From Euglena gracilis (taxonomy: Eukaryota), in the NCBI GenBank assembly GCA_039621445.1, contig CP154954.1, positions 5,743,919-5,807,918 on the forward strand: a DNA stretch of 64,000 nucleotides. The letters run 5' to 3'. Within the stretch, counting starts at the first letter, position 1. Every line of letters starts with the position of its first letter. The position numbers and the translations under genes were made by a program. The notes beneath the pieces are model-generated. The model made no database searches. It saw only the letters and a list, made by a program, of their open reading frames with translations, and was not told the DNA's origin. Positions 25,767 through 37,478 of this stretch are shown here, one piece after another.

Positions 25767-28210
25767 GGGTCAACCCCCCCACCCACCACAGCATTTTCAC
25801 CGGATTCTGACCGTATTTCCGGGAGCACCAATTTTTGGACCCAAAACTTTCCGGCGCCAGGTGTTTTTTTGACCCATTTTGGGACCCATATGGGAGGTCC
25901 CTCCAAAACCCCCTCAAAACCCCATTTTTTCACACCTTCCAAAATTCAACATTGATTTTGAGAGGTTTTTGAAGCAAAAAAAAAATGCCATTGAAAGTCC
26001 AAAAAAATTCAAAGAGAAAAAAAGTCAGTAAAATTTGACTGTGTCAAAATTTGGTCCACTTTTTTTTTGACCTGCATTTTTTTCACCCCCCTCCTGAAAA
26101 CTACCAATTTTTAACCCTGAAATTTTTGAGATTTTTTGTGAAAAAAAATGTGGTTTTCCATCAAAAAATCACATGTTTGGGGTTCATTTTTCAAAATGAT
26201 TTTCAAAAAATTTTCTGGTCAAAATCCTGTGGTGGATGTAAGAGGTGGTGGGGGGGGGGTGGTCGACCCCCCCCCACCCTGGCTGTTTGGCCGATTCCCG
26301 TTCTGCCCTGCCCTTCGGCAGCCGAGCATTTGGCTGGGCATGTCACAACCCTACCCTGTTCTTCAAATAACACCATAACACCCCGTTTCTGGGCTCAAGG
26401 AAACTTTTGGAGGTCATTGGTCATTTTGGAGGTGGCGGTCGAGTGGCGAACAAGTACCAATTTTTCTTTGTCTGATGAGGGATAAGAGGCACAATTTGGT
26501 TTTTGAAGGGGCGGGGGTGTAAATTCAGGTGCCATTTTCGCAAAGTGACATCCAGCGGGGAGCATGGTCCATGCATGAGGGGGCATGCCTGGTACTATCA
26601 ATTTTTGATTATTCCCCCCCCCAGGAGCCGAAAACTAGGAGGCGGGGGAATAATCGCCCGGGTTTACCTCCTGCAGACTCCGCTTCTTCATCTAACCAAC
26701 TTTCTGGGCAGGGGCAGGGGGAGGAGGTTGACATTGACGACGGCCTTGACGCCGAGTGTCATGACGACGCTCCGGCTGCCGATGTCGATGCCATTGCTGC
26801 GCAGCTGGATGCACAGCTTGCAGCAGAACTGCACGCGCAAATAAACAATTTGCGCCCTCGCCGCAAGTGAGTCAAGCACTGCCTGTGGTGTACTAGCTTT
26901 GATTTGTCCACCATCCGGATTGTCTGAAAAATTTGGGGGGGGGGAATAATCACAGGTCCAACTTTCCTGTTTTCGGGCGAAAAGTGGGGGGGATATACCA
27001 CCGGGGAAAATAATCGGAATGTTATAATACATCGGTACTGTTTCGCTATCCCACCGCTGCCTAACCCTGACCCTTCATCAGGGATGGCAATTCGGCCAGC
27101 GTTGCCCTGCATACACAAGGGGATATTGCCATTGGAGGGTGGGGCGTCCGTGGGGGGGGGGCAGGAGGAGGCCGTTGGCCAAGTTCATCACGGAGCGTGA
27201 TTTGGCCATCGTTGCCTTGCACACACAAGGGTATTTTGCTGTTGGAGGGTGGGGGTGTCCGTGTGGGGGGGGGGGGGCAGGCGGAGACCGTTGGCCGACT
27301 AAGTTCACCAGGGAGCTCGATTCGGCCATTGTTGCCTTGCACACACAAGGGGATTTTGTTGTGCAGCGGCAGCTTGCACAGGCGCCTTCAGCAGAACAGC
27401 CCAAAAAGAACTCACTACCCAATTTTTTTTAACAAATTGACCCCGAATGGAGGTTTTTGAAGGCATTTGGGTGGGTTTCGAGTCATTTTCCTTCACATTT
27501 GTTTGATTTTTTTGGGGAGGGGGCCTGGAAACTGTTTTAGGGGGGGGGGAGTAATTATTGGTGGTCGACTGGTCGGCCCAATCACCAATGGTCGCTAGGC
27601 CATCACCAACAGTCGCTAGCGACCACCAAAATCCAACACCAATTTCCCGCAACGAGCCCAAACCCTAACGCTGACCCTAACCCCAACTGCCAATCTGGGG
27701 GGACTAAGTTCATCAACAGCGTTTGCCCGTGAACAATAGTGTTTACCCCTACAACAGTGTTTACCTAAAGACTTGCACACAAAGAAATTTTTCACAGAGG
27801 ATTTTTGTGGCAGCCGTAACCCTGGCTGTGCCCCTTTGAGCATTTGGGGGGTCCGTTGGCCCGTGGGTGTGCTCAAATAAAGGGGGGGGGGTGGTATAGC
27901 CGTTCCACCCATGTGGACAAGGAAGCCCCCTTGAGCCCCAAAATGTGGTATTATGACGCTATTTAAAGGAGTAGGGTTGGGGTTAAGTGTCTCATGCAAC
28001 CAGTTGAACCATTCCCACTCAGCTTCGTTATATTGGCCTCTAGCGAACCCAAAGAGCCGCCCAACCAGGGTTGACCAACATGGGTGGACCCGAGCAAGGC
28101 GCCGAAGGCAGAGCGAGGGTCCACCCATGTGTATTAACCCTGGTTGGGCGGGTCTTTGGGGTAGCTGGTACCCTGTAGGGGCCAATTTATCACGTTATTG
28201 TGTGATGCAC

Positions 28211-28277
28211 CCTGACCCTAACCCCACCCTGACCCTGACCCAACCCGAACCCTAACCCTACTCCTAACCCTAACCCT
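28211..28277 (+). repeat. degenerate interstitial (CCCTAA)n telomere-like repeat
   Basis: Array of CCCTAA/CCCTGA units; shorter runs at ~27660, ~16749 and ~21030. Confidence 0.7.
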
Positions 28278-29123
28278 GTTTTTCTTTTTATTCTTTTCCA
28301 AGGCCGACTTGTAAAATTCTGGGTGGGGGTCGTTTAGCGAAGGAGTAACAAAAGTGGGTACTCCTTCGCTAGACGACCCCCACCCAAATGGGTTATCGTT
28401 GGGGTATTTGGAGGAGGGAGGGTTAGAGAGACATGGTCACGTTGCACTAAGCCTACTCCTTCAAATAACCCCATCCAACTTGAAAATTTTCGGTGGGGGT
28501 CGTTTAACGAAGGGGTACCCAAAGTGCTCCACACACAACAAGCTAAAATGAAACATGGATGGGAAAAGAAACATGGATTTTGGACCGGGTCAAACACCGA
28601 GCCGCTCTGGAACCGTGAGGAGTTGGGCTCTGGAGGGTTGGTTTCCCGGAAAAGGGTTCAAAAACAAAATTTACCATCTGTTCCCGCAGTATCACCCAGA
28701 ATCTTGTTTCCGAAATATTTTCAGTTTATGATGCCAGGTCCAAGGAAAAATGCTCTGTTTGGAGTGGGAAAACACAGCGTGCTGCGTTTTATGGAGCTGG
28801 CTTTTTTGGCCATTTTTGGAAGTTTTTGTTTAAAACATTTTGAACCAATCAAAAGAAAAAGTGGAGGACGGGCCGACCTGGTCAGACCGACCTCCATATC
28901 TCATGCCTGTGCATCAATTTCATAAGTCCATCCACACCCTATTCCGCCTTGTTCAGTTGGAACCGTGTGACGTCATCCAGGAGTGTGCAGCTGAGGAATG
29001 ACGTCATAAGGTCAACATCATCTGTGATTTATGACGAAAGGGTGTGAATCGAGTGGTTTTGGCGTGGATCGACTGACGGAAAAGTGCGTGAAAGAGTATG
29101 AGTATGAGAGCCGAAACCCTTGT

Positions 29124-29474
29124 CAGAAGTGCAATAAGGAAGCCAACGAACCCAAGGGCGATCGCAACAAGGAGGAATTGCTTGCACGTGTTGTTTCCTC
29201 CGGTCAAGGGGGCACCCTTGGGGCCGACGATGAAGTCGTTGTCCATGCAAGTCTGCTGATGCACAGGGCTGAAGGTTTGAACATAGCACGTCTTGAATGG
29301 GTACGAAAAGACACGGGTGCCGATGGCGGCATCCATTTGAACCCAGGGAACAAACAGCGAAATGAACCCCAGGAGGATGGCAAGACAGAGGAGAAGGATG
29401 GTGAGAAGGTACATAACCAAAGCAGGGTGGTGCTCACGTCGGCCGGTGGCGGCTTGCAGGGCGTGACCGATCAT
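29124..29474 (-). CDS. claudin/amastin-like protein, exon 1 (TM1, Cys-containing loop, TM2)
   Basis: Reads MIGHAL...YLLTILLLCLAILLGFISLFVPW...KTC...TC...TCKQFLLVAIALGFVGFLIALL: Trp after TM1 and loop cysteines. The ATG lies 3 nt after a pyrimidine-AG acceptor. Confidence 0.85.
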
Positions 29475-29477
29475 GCT

Positions 29478-29510
29478 CTGGAAAAAACCCACTGGCGAAG
29501 AAGTTGAATT
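29478..29510 (-). promoter_or_regulatory. putative spliced-leader trans-splice acceptor
   Basis: TTCTTCGCCAGTGGGTTTTTTCCAG|AGCATG directly before the start codon. Confidence 0.55.
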
Positions 29511-29940
29511 TAGAACTAACATAGACAACTTCAACAATTATACAAAATATTGGGCAAATATGTGCTAAAATGGGCAAGTGTTGAGAATGGGAAAAACAGA
29601 ATCACTGGTCCCTTTGGTTTGAAACAAAGAAATCCAGAAAACCCCAAGGTCCCCCTGTTGCAAACCAGACTGGTCCAAGTTTGAAACAACTGTCATCAAA
29701 TATCAAATTTCAGTGCATGTGAAATTTGACCGATTCTCTGGAAATGGAATAACGGCTGATGGAGGCGTGGTTGGACCCAGAATTCAACGACTCAAATGGG
29801 GTTATGTGCTAACTTTCGCGTGATTCCCAATCTGCTGCGGTCGTGTCTCTTTTCAGCTTGTGCTGAAGCACGACAGCAGAGGCTGCACGCCGCCTTGGAA
29901 GGGACAGAAAAATTGAAGTTCTCGTGCCAGATGAAGCCAA

Positions 29941-31410
29941 ATGCCATGGCATGGGCCTCATGGCATGGGCCTCAGATTGCAAGTGGTCCCTTGGTCACCA
30001 CGGGAAGGCATTACCGTGCTCGGAATCCCAGTAGACCACCCCGCGTCCTCCGACACCACCAAGAAAGCGTGGGCGGATGCTGCCGCCAAGATCGAGAAGG
30101 CCTCATCTACCATAACGGCCCTCACCGACGCCCAGGTGGCACATCACCTTCTGCGGAGCTGTCTAGACGGCTGCAAAGTGAACCACCTCCTTCGCGCGTC
30201 CGACTCGTATGGCAGCCAAGATCAGGTTACAGGCTGCTCGGAGGTCATCATGAACGCCTTCGAGGACATACTGGGCACGGCACTGAACCCACAACAGCGG
30301 ACACAAGCGTCGCTGCCCCTATCCAGCGGGGGCTGCGGCCTCCGCGTCCCGTCCTGCACTCAGCCCGCAGCCAGGATCTCCTGCCTTGCAGACTTCTACT
30401 CAGACGGGGCCAGGCGCGTGGGTGTGCCCGACTACGCATCCGGCCTGCAGCTACCCCTGGTCGCGCCCGTCCTGGACGACCTCCGGGGCAGGCTAGGAGC
30501 CAACCGTGCCACGGTCACCACCTTCCTCCACAACCCACAACGACTCGCCTCCGCGGACCAAGAACCCCGGAGGCAAAAGTGGTGGAACCACGAGCTGGGC
30601 AAAAAGGCGATGGATGGCCTTGTGGACCAGGCCCGGCCCCGCGACCAGAACCGCCTCCTTGAACAAGCCACGGGGTTCGGACACGGGTGGATGGCGGCCA
30701 CCCCTTCCAACAACTCCCACACCACCTGGTCTAGCGAGGAGTACACCTTGGGACTGAAGTGGTGGTTAGGGCTTCTGGTGCTGGAGGACGTCAGCCAGCC
30801 GTGCACAGGGTGCGGCCAGCCTCTGGACCAGGAAGGCGACCACCTGCTTTGCTGCCGCAGGAACAACTTCTCAGCCCGGCACAACGCTGTTCAGGACGCT
30901 CTGTTTCAAACCTTGTCCAACAGCGGTCACCGGGTGCAGAAGGAAGTTTCCCTGCCAACGGCCCGAGACAGTCACCTACGCCCGGCGGACCTCCTGCTGG
31001 ACTGCTGGTCCGAGGGGAAGCCGACGGCGCTGGACGTTACCGTCTGCCACGGATGGCAAGCGGCAGAACACACAGCGACCCGCGAACGCTGGAGATCCTT
31101 CCTGAAGAGGAGGGAGGACGCCAAAAAACAGAAATACAACGTGCCATGTCAGCAAGCAGGGTGGGGCTTCACACCTTTCGCCCTCGGGACATGGGGTGGC
31201 ATGGGACCGGAAACGGCCAAGACACTGAGCAGAGTGGCCAAACGCGCATCGTCCTGGCAACAGGGCGCTGAGCGCGAAACCAAGCAAGCGGAAATCTACC
31301 AAAATGTGGCCATCTCCTTGCTCCGAGAAGTGTTCCACCTCTTACAACCCAAGCACGTCCTCCGTTAACCACGGGAGGAGTGTATGGCAAAAAAAATAAA
31401 TAAAAAAAAA
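29941..31410 (+). mobile_element. 5'-truncated CRE-like non-LTR retrotransposon (RT C-terminus, Zn knuckle, restriction-like endonuclease; ORF ends 31368, A-rich tail)
   Basis: Motifs GITVLGIPV, LPLSSGGCGL, CTGC..DHLLCC, RHNAVQD, RPADL..LDVTV, KKQKY, FTPFALGTWGG; A-tail at 31389-31410. Confidence 0.88.
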
Positions 31411-31500
31411 CCCACACACAACACAACCACACACCCATACCCACACACGCACACACACCCACACCCACACACGCACACACGCACACCAACACACCACAAC
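31411..31500 (+). repeat. degenerate (CA)n tract
   Basis: Directly follows the A-tail. Confidence 0.85.
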
Positions 31501-31639
31501 CATCCGCCCGCCCTCCCGCCCGCGCCAAGCAGGCCGCCTCACCCCTACCGTCAGCCACCCCAGCCGTCGGCCACACCAGCCGTCCCTCTGCGCCTTATAT
31601 TGAAGATGGGCCTTGCCCGTTTTCCTCCTGCCCTGCCCT

Positions 31640-32481
31640 GCACCACCTGTATATACTGTTAACCTCCTCCGGACCTTCAAACCCAGTAGGCTGTGCCACT
31701 GGTCGGTGGATTCGGTTCGCCCCACCACCGCAGTCGACATGGGCCCATTGACACCGTGTGCCTCGACCAAAACACTGATTCCCACCAGAGAATTTCAGGC
31801 GATCGTCCAGTGGTGTCTGGGTGCCCCGGTGGTCAGCGCTACGGACAGCCCACCTGCCTGCCCAAGATGCCACAACCCCACAGATGTCAGAGGCCACCAC
31901 CTTGTCTGCTGCCACAAAAACAAAATTGTCCGGCGGCACAATGCGGTGCAATCGCACATCCTCGGGCTCGCGCAGCGTACAGGCTTCCCAGCCAGAAGGG
32001 AAGAAAGTGCCCCAGATGGCTCACGACCAGGCGACGTATTCGTCATGAGGTACGATGCAAACGGCCCAGCAGCCATCGACGTCACCATTCGTCACCCACT
32101 TGCGCCTTCGCGAAATCGCGCCGGCTTGGAGGATATTGGCAGGTGGCATGAGGCACAAGAGCTGGACAAGATAAAGAAGTATGGAGATGGTTGCCAACGC
32201 AGAGGCTGGACATTCATACCCTTTGTGTTGGACGGTTATGGTGGCATGGGGGATGGTGCGCTCACCTTTGTTGGCAACTGCATCAAGTTGCTAGCATGCA
32301 AACACGACGCCTGGGAGAGGAGGGGCGTCGAGGGGACCTGCTGGCAAGGAATAAGCATGACTCTGGCCCGGGAGGTTCGACGACAATTGGTTTGGGGACA
32401 ATGCCCCGAAGAGCTCGCTGACCATAGCCTCCCTGAATCTCATAAACCCTACTGTACTTCATAGCCCCGAGGCTGAACCAG
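31640..32481 (+). mobile_element. second, divergent CRE-like 3' fragment (ORF ends 32464), cut by the Gypsy nest
   Basis: Motifs CPRC..GHHLVCC, RRHNAV, RPGDV..IDVTI, KIKKY, FIPFVLDGYGG. Confidence 0.85.
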
Positions 32482-33340
32482 TGTACGTCTGATTCCCAAT
32501 TCCCCTTTCCCAATTCCCAAAAGCCTTCGCTTTCGCCTTGGCGCACCTACTTGGGAACTGAAAATCAGAGTAACAGAAAATCCCTTTTCCCACTTCCCAA
32601 GAAGCAAAGCACAGAGCAATGCAGGGAGGACGGACTGGATATCCAAGTCCGGTCCGGAGAAAAGGAAAGACAAAGGGAAGAACAGAATACCACCTGTGGA
32701 GAGAGAAGGGGCACCCATTAGGAAATCCTAATAGGATCTGCTTCCATCCTAACTTCCTCAACGGAAGGGGACAGAAGCATACGACTGGTACACATCCCCC
32801 TCCCAGGGCTATGCCCCATTTCCCCTTTGGACCAGGCATTCTGGCCACAGGGATTTCGGACACAGACCTGGTCTGTGGGAGGTGCACCCTGGCGCATCCA
32901 CGGGGGCCCTTTCTATCGCACAGGGGTCCACTCAAAGGGGGGGGGGCGGAAAGGAATGGACCCAAAAAGCCCAAAACGCGCAAAATGGTTTCACCCATTC
33001 TGCGGTGGCTTATGGGTATATAGTATATTACAGCCCGCTGGGGAAAATGGGGCTGGCAGGTATCCTTGCCAAGCAAACCCATCCACCCAGTTTGGGTGTG
33101 CCCAAGGCACTTGGGGTTGGGTCCATGGGCATTCCAGGAAAACCCATGGGTTGGGTGTGGAAGGAGGGGGCCTCTGACCAGTCAAACCTGGGCAGGGCGC
33201 ATGGCCAGTCAAACCTGACCACGCAAAAGGAAATCCTACTCTACAAAGTGGCGACAGCATTTGCCCCGGGGGGAAAGTAGAGAGGAGTGGGGGGTTGGTT
33301 TAGGCCAGAAAACTGGTGCTGTGTGGCAGCCTTATGGCCT
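32482..33340 (-). repeat. 3' terminal region / putative LTR of element B
   Basis: Colinear conserved blocks shared with 35009-35975; both begin (CAG)TGTACGTC on the + strand. The inner boundary is not resolved. Confidence 0.65.
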
Positions 33341-33608
33341 CAAACGGCCGAAAAGAAAAGAAACGGAAAGGAAAAGAGGCCGTCGGCCCTGTGCGCTGCG
33401 TGTCGCACCCGCGAGAGGGGAGAGGGGAGAGGGGTGTGCATGCATGCGCACGGAATCCTGCACATGGCAGCATCCCGGTGGGAACTTACTAGCGGCGAAT
33501 ACCGCAAAGGGTCTTCGAAGGGGTTGTTCGGGCGAATACCCAAACAGGGTGTCAGGCGAATACCTGACGAGGGTTCTGAAAGCCGCCGCATTGGCGCTTA
33601 CAGACACC

Positions 33609-35008
33609 TCACCTGCCTTTATCGGCTGGACGTTCACGCACCTCACGCCAGTAGTCGTGTTGGGGGTCCCCTAATGGGTCCTCAACCAACTCCAGTTGGC
33701 GTGGGGAACGCGGCGGAGCTGATTCACTCCGAATGGTGTTGAGCTCCGGATCGTTGACATCAAAGGAAGGGGTCTCCCAGTCCTTGATCCAATTATCCGG
33801 CAGCTTCTCCCTGGTACGTTCAGCATGATGCTGAAGATACCGTTGGAGCTGCTCCCAGAAAATTGTGGGCAGCATCACCGGCCAGATGATGTAATTCATC
33901 CGGGGGTGATTCGCAGGCACCTGCGGGGGCATCCCCGGGGTCTGCTTGAAGTTGATGTCATACATCCACCTCGCTGTCCGAGCTCTTGCGGTATGGGGCC
34001 GTAATACAGCCGCCAACCAACCTCTGAAGTCCACCAAATCGTGTTCTTCAGGAAGCCACAGTGGCAAGGCGTATCCGCCATGCTGACGCTTGGAGAACAG
34101 GGGGTAAACCTGTGTCTCCCAGTCGCCATCGGTTCAGAGGTAAGGCATTCTTACCTTGGCGTGTTCCTCGACGGCGAGGCGCATTGCCCAAGCGTCGATC
34201 TGGAACTCACGGGCCATTCCCGTGTGGCGGTAGCTTTCTACCTTGCGGAAGTCGGAGTGCTTCAGGCGGCCTTCCACCTGTTTGTACTCCTTCTTCCACT
34301 TCTCCATTGTCTCCCAGTGGTGGGGGACAATGGTGGTGACTGCTCCATCAGCAGTCTGCACGAACTTGGCTCCTATACAGTTGATGCACAAGGCAGGGAT
34401 ATCCCTGTCGTGAGCATTCTCACTGTAGGAGTAGTTCAAGCTGTGCTTCCAGGCGTTCAGGCACTCGCCACATACGAGCGCCACACAGTTCGGCACATAT
34501 GCCCTGTGATGGAACCACGAGGATTGCACCTGCCGCTTGCACACATGCACAAGCGGTTGGTTGTGCCGCACATGGTGGCACACGGTGCACGTCCAGGCAA
34601 AGGACGTGCCGTGCTGGAAATCCAACACGCAGTCCTCACCAAAGTACTGTGCCAGTACTCTGGGTGAGCGCCTATTCCAGAATGTCCAGGTGCTGGGCAT
34701 CCGCAGACACGGGAGGTGAAGCAGGTTCGTCCTGCTCCTCATCCGTCGATCCGGCGGAAGACTGGGCCTGTCGACCACGAGCCTTACCTTTCGGTTTGCT
34801 CTGGCCGTACCCGGACGATGCAACGGCCGAATAGTCGTGCATTGTCGTAGGGCCTTTCGGCTGTCCGCCAGTCTGACCTCCAGCGCCACCTTTCGGTGAT
34901 GGTTTCCCATCACCGCCTTTGGCAGGGGGCTTACAGGGTGCAGCACCCGGTTTGCCTCCGTTCGGCTTCGCACTCCCGGAATCAGGAGGCGATGCCTGCG
35001 GCTTACAG
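33609..35008 (-). pseudogene. element B accessory protein, C-terminal part with Cys/His finger
   Basis: KPGAAPCKP, SSGYG, RSPRVLAQYFGE, CTVCH..HVC..NCVALVCGEC..LCINC, YRHTGMAR, NHPRMNY and LVEDPL match copy A. Stops and frameshifts are present. Confidence 0.85.
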
Positions 35009-35975
35009 TGTACGTCCAAAGCTTTCCCTTTTCCCCTTTTTGGAACTTTCTGTAAAAGCCTTTCGCTTTCGCCTTGGTGCGCAGCCTACTTATGGTAGGG
35101 AAAAGTCTTTGGAGTAACGAAAAGTGGTTTTCCCCTTTGCTTCCCAATTCCCCAAGAAGCAAAGCACAAAGCAAAGACTCAGAAGTTTCTTCTGAGATCA
35201 AGTTCGATTGTTCCGAGGGTTTTTCCCTCTGACAAAACCAATGGTCAAACTTGGAAGTGATGACAGTGAAGAATACCACCTGTGGGGGAGGAGAGAAAAG
35301 TGCTGACGTGTCCAGGGGCAGATCCCAGAAGGGTATGCCACGATCCTACCAGCTGTGGTTTTCCACAGTGGTGCGACCGTCACAGAACCCACTCTGCAGA
35401 TATCCTACAGAGCTGGGACGTGCCTGGTACACATCCCCCTCCCAGGGCTACGCCCGATTTCCTTCATGGACCAGGGTTTCCCAGTCCAGTCAGGATATCT
35501 GACGCTGCCCCAGGTGGGGTTCACTTCTCCATTCGGTGTCTCTCCTTTCCGCACAGTGGCATCCACCCAAAGCCCAAAAACGCAAAAAAGGTTAGCCGCG
35601 TTTCGCGGTTACCTATTAGCCGTTTCGGCTTAGGTGGGGTGTGAAAAAGCCCACTGTGGGAAACGGGGCTTGGCAGGTTTCCTGACAAAGTGTCCCATCC
35701 ACCCACTTTGGGTGTGCCAAAGGCACGCAGGGTTGGTCAAGCGATTCGCTGAAAACCCGAGGGGAGAGGTGTGGAAGGGGGGGGGGGCAGGCTCCTATCC
35801 TGGTCATACCCGGATAGGGCTCCTAGGCGGTCATATCCGCACTAGGAAACAAAAGCCTACTTACAAAACCGACTGCCGGCGACAGCTTTGCGGGGGTGGG
35901 GGGGAAGTAGGGAGGAGAGGGGGGCTGGCTTAGGCCAGAACAGAATTTTTGCTGTCTGGCAGCCTTAAGAGGCCT
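35009..35975 (-). repeat. 3' terminal region / putative LTR of element A
   Basis: Homologous to 32482-33340; abruptly interrupts the coding sequence of element B at 35008. Confidence 0.65.
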
Positions 35976-36339
35976 TAGGGCCAAAAAGTGACAAGTTGGC
36001 CTATTATTACGGCATGCGCGCTGTGTGCTGTGTGTCACTTAGCAGCTTGCCAGGTTTCCCGGCTGCCAAGGTCTTCACAGCAGTAGCTCCTTCACGACGC
36101 AATAAGAGGCGATTACCTCTTGCAGACGGTTTCCGTCCGGATGGGGGGGGGCTCGTGGCGGGGGGGGGGGGGGGGGGTTTTGGATGCTTCCATCCAGAGC
36201 GTAGCGTGACACAGACCCAGGTTCATCCCAGGGCTGTTCAGCGATTTCCGCTACCAATGTATATATATGTATAGTATATGGATGTCCAGGCTCCATGAAG
36301 GCACTTACCTTACATGAGCCTGGTAATGCCGTTTTGGCA

Positions 36340-37360
36340 TTACATCCGTTCCAGCCGCCAATAATCATGGCGGGAGTCCAAGGGATCTTCCACAAGGACC
36401 ATCTGGAATTGAGGTGGTGGTGGCCTATCTACGAGCCAGGTTTCTGGCGATTCGTATTCGAAATCAGGTGCCACCCAGTCCCGAACCCATCCTTCGGGGA
36501 CTGTGTGCTTGGTTGCACTCGCTCTTTCTGCGAGGAACCATTGCAGCTTCTCCCAGAATTTCCTGGGCAGAGTTGCTGGCCCGATGAAGTAGTTCATCCT
36601 TGGGTGATTGGCTGACACCTGCGGGGCATTCCCTGGGTGGAAGTCAATCGGCATGTGATACGCACATTCTGCGCGGACTGTATGGGGTCGTAATACGGCC
36701 CCAAGCCAGTCTTTCCAGGTCATCCCGTGGTTTTCGGGTGGCCATTGTGGCAGGCACCAGCGACCGTTTCGGTCCTGGTTTTGGAACAGGCGGAAAAGTA
36801 TCTTTTCCCTGTCTGCTGTCTCCCAGAGGTAAGGTAATCTTACCCCTGCCTCCTCAGCAGCGAGGCGTATCGCCCCACTGTCGATCTGCCACCCACGGGC
36901 CATTCCCGTGTGGCGGTAGTCGTCGAGCTTGAGGTTGGCATACTTGAAAAAGTCCTTGAACTTTTTGTTCAAGGTGGAGTATTCCTCCAGTGGCTTCTCG
37001 GCACTTGGCACGATTGTGCGTACTGCGCCTTCCGCAGTGTGCCAGAAGGTACCTCGAAGGCAGTTGACGCAGAGAACTGGTACATTCGTACCGTCTCGGT
37101 CTGTGTAGCTGAAATTGTGCTTGTGGGTCCAACTGTCCACGCACTTGGCGCATACCAAGGCGGCACAGTTAGGGATGTATACATCCTTGTGGAACGATTT
37201 CCGATCCACAGGGTTGCACACATGGACGAGGGGTAATCCCAGGTCAAGTGCACTGTTGTACATCTTGTGGCATACAGTGCAAAGCCACACAAAACGGTTT
37301 TCCGTTGTTTTGTCGATGAGGAATTCCTCACCGAAGAATTGGGCCAAAACACGGGGAGAT
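36340..37360 (-). CDS. accessory protein, exon 2 (Cys/His cross-brace-like finger and Trp-rich domain)
   Basis: Open ~340-codon frame with no initiator ATG, preceded by TTCCAG. Intact in both A copies and conserved in B. Confidence 0.8.
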
Positions 37361-37478
37361 CTGGAATTCTAATAATTACAGGTCACATTCTGACCATTTC
37401 CGTCCCTGACAGAACAGTGGCTCAATCCACCGGTTAAGGCATTGCTGTGTCCTCAATTTATGTGCGATCATCATGTAC
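37361..37478 (-). other. putative 118-bp GT-AG intron inside the retrotransposon
   Basis: AACAG|GTACAT ... TTCCAG|ATCT, both phase 2. The spliced product LKNRSPRVLAQ aligns with B, which lacks the segment. Confidence 0.7.

Larger units (their letters stand above)
18415..29123 (-). other. non-conventional intron 1 (~10.7 kb, MITE-filled)
   Basis: AAGGGTTTCGGCTC (29121-29108) pairs at 14/14 positions (three G-U) with GGGCCGAAATTCTT (18434-18421). The join is in frame, but the exact junction can slide. Confidence 0.7.

Noticed and set aside
26470-26500. CTGATGAG as a hammerhead ribozyme core
   Set aside because: No GAAA or stems in the required arrangement.
5000-28900. numerous short Pro/Gly/Lys/Phe-rich ORFs
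   Set aside because: Products of homopolymer-rich MITEs; no coding signal.
34134-35279. 381-aa ORF
   Set aside because: The N-terminal part is terminal-repeat and off-frame sequence; only the part from RSPRVLAQ onward is homologous coding sequence.
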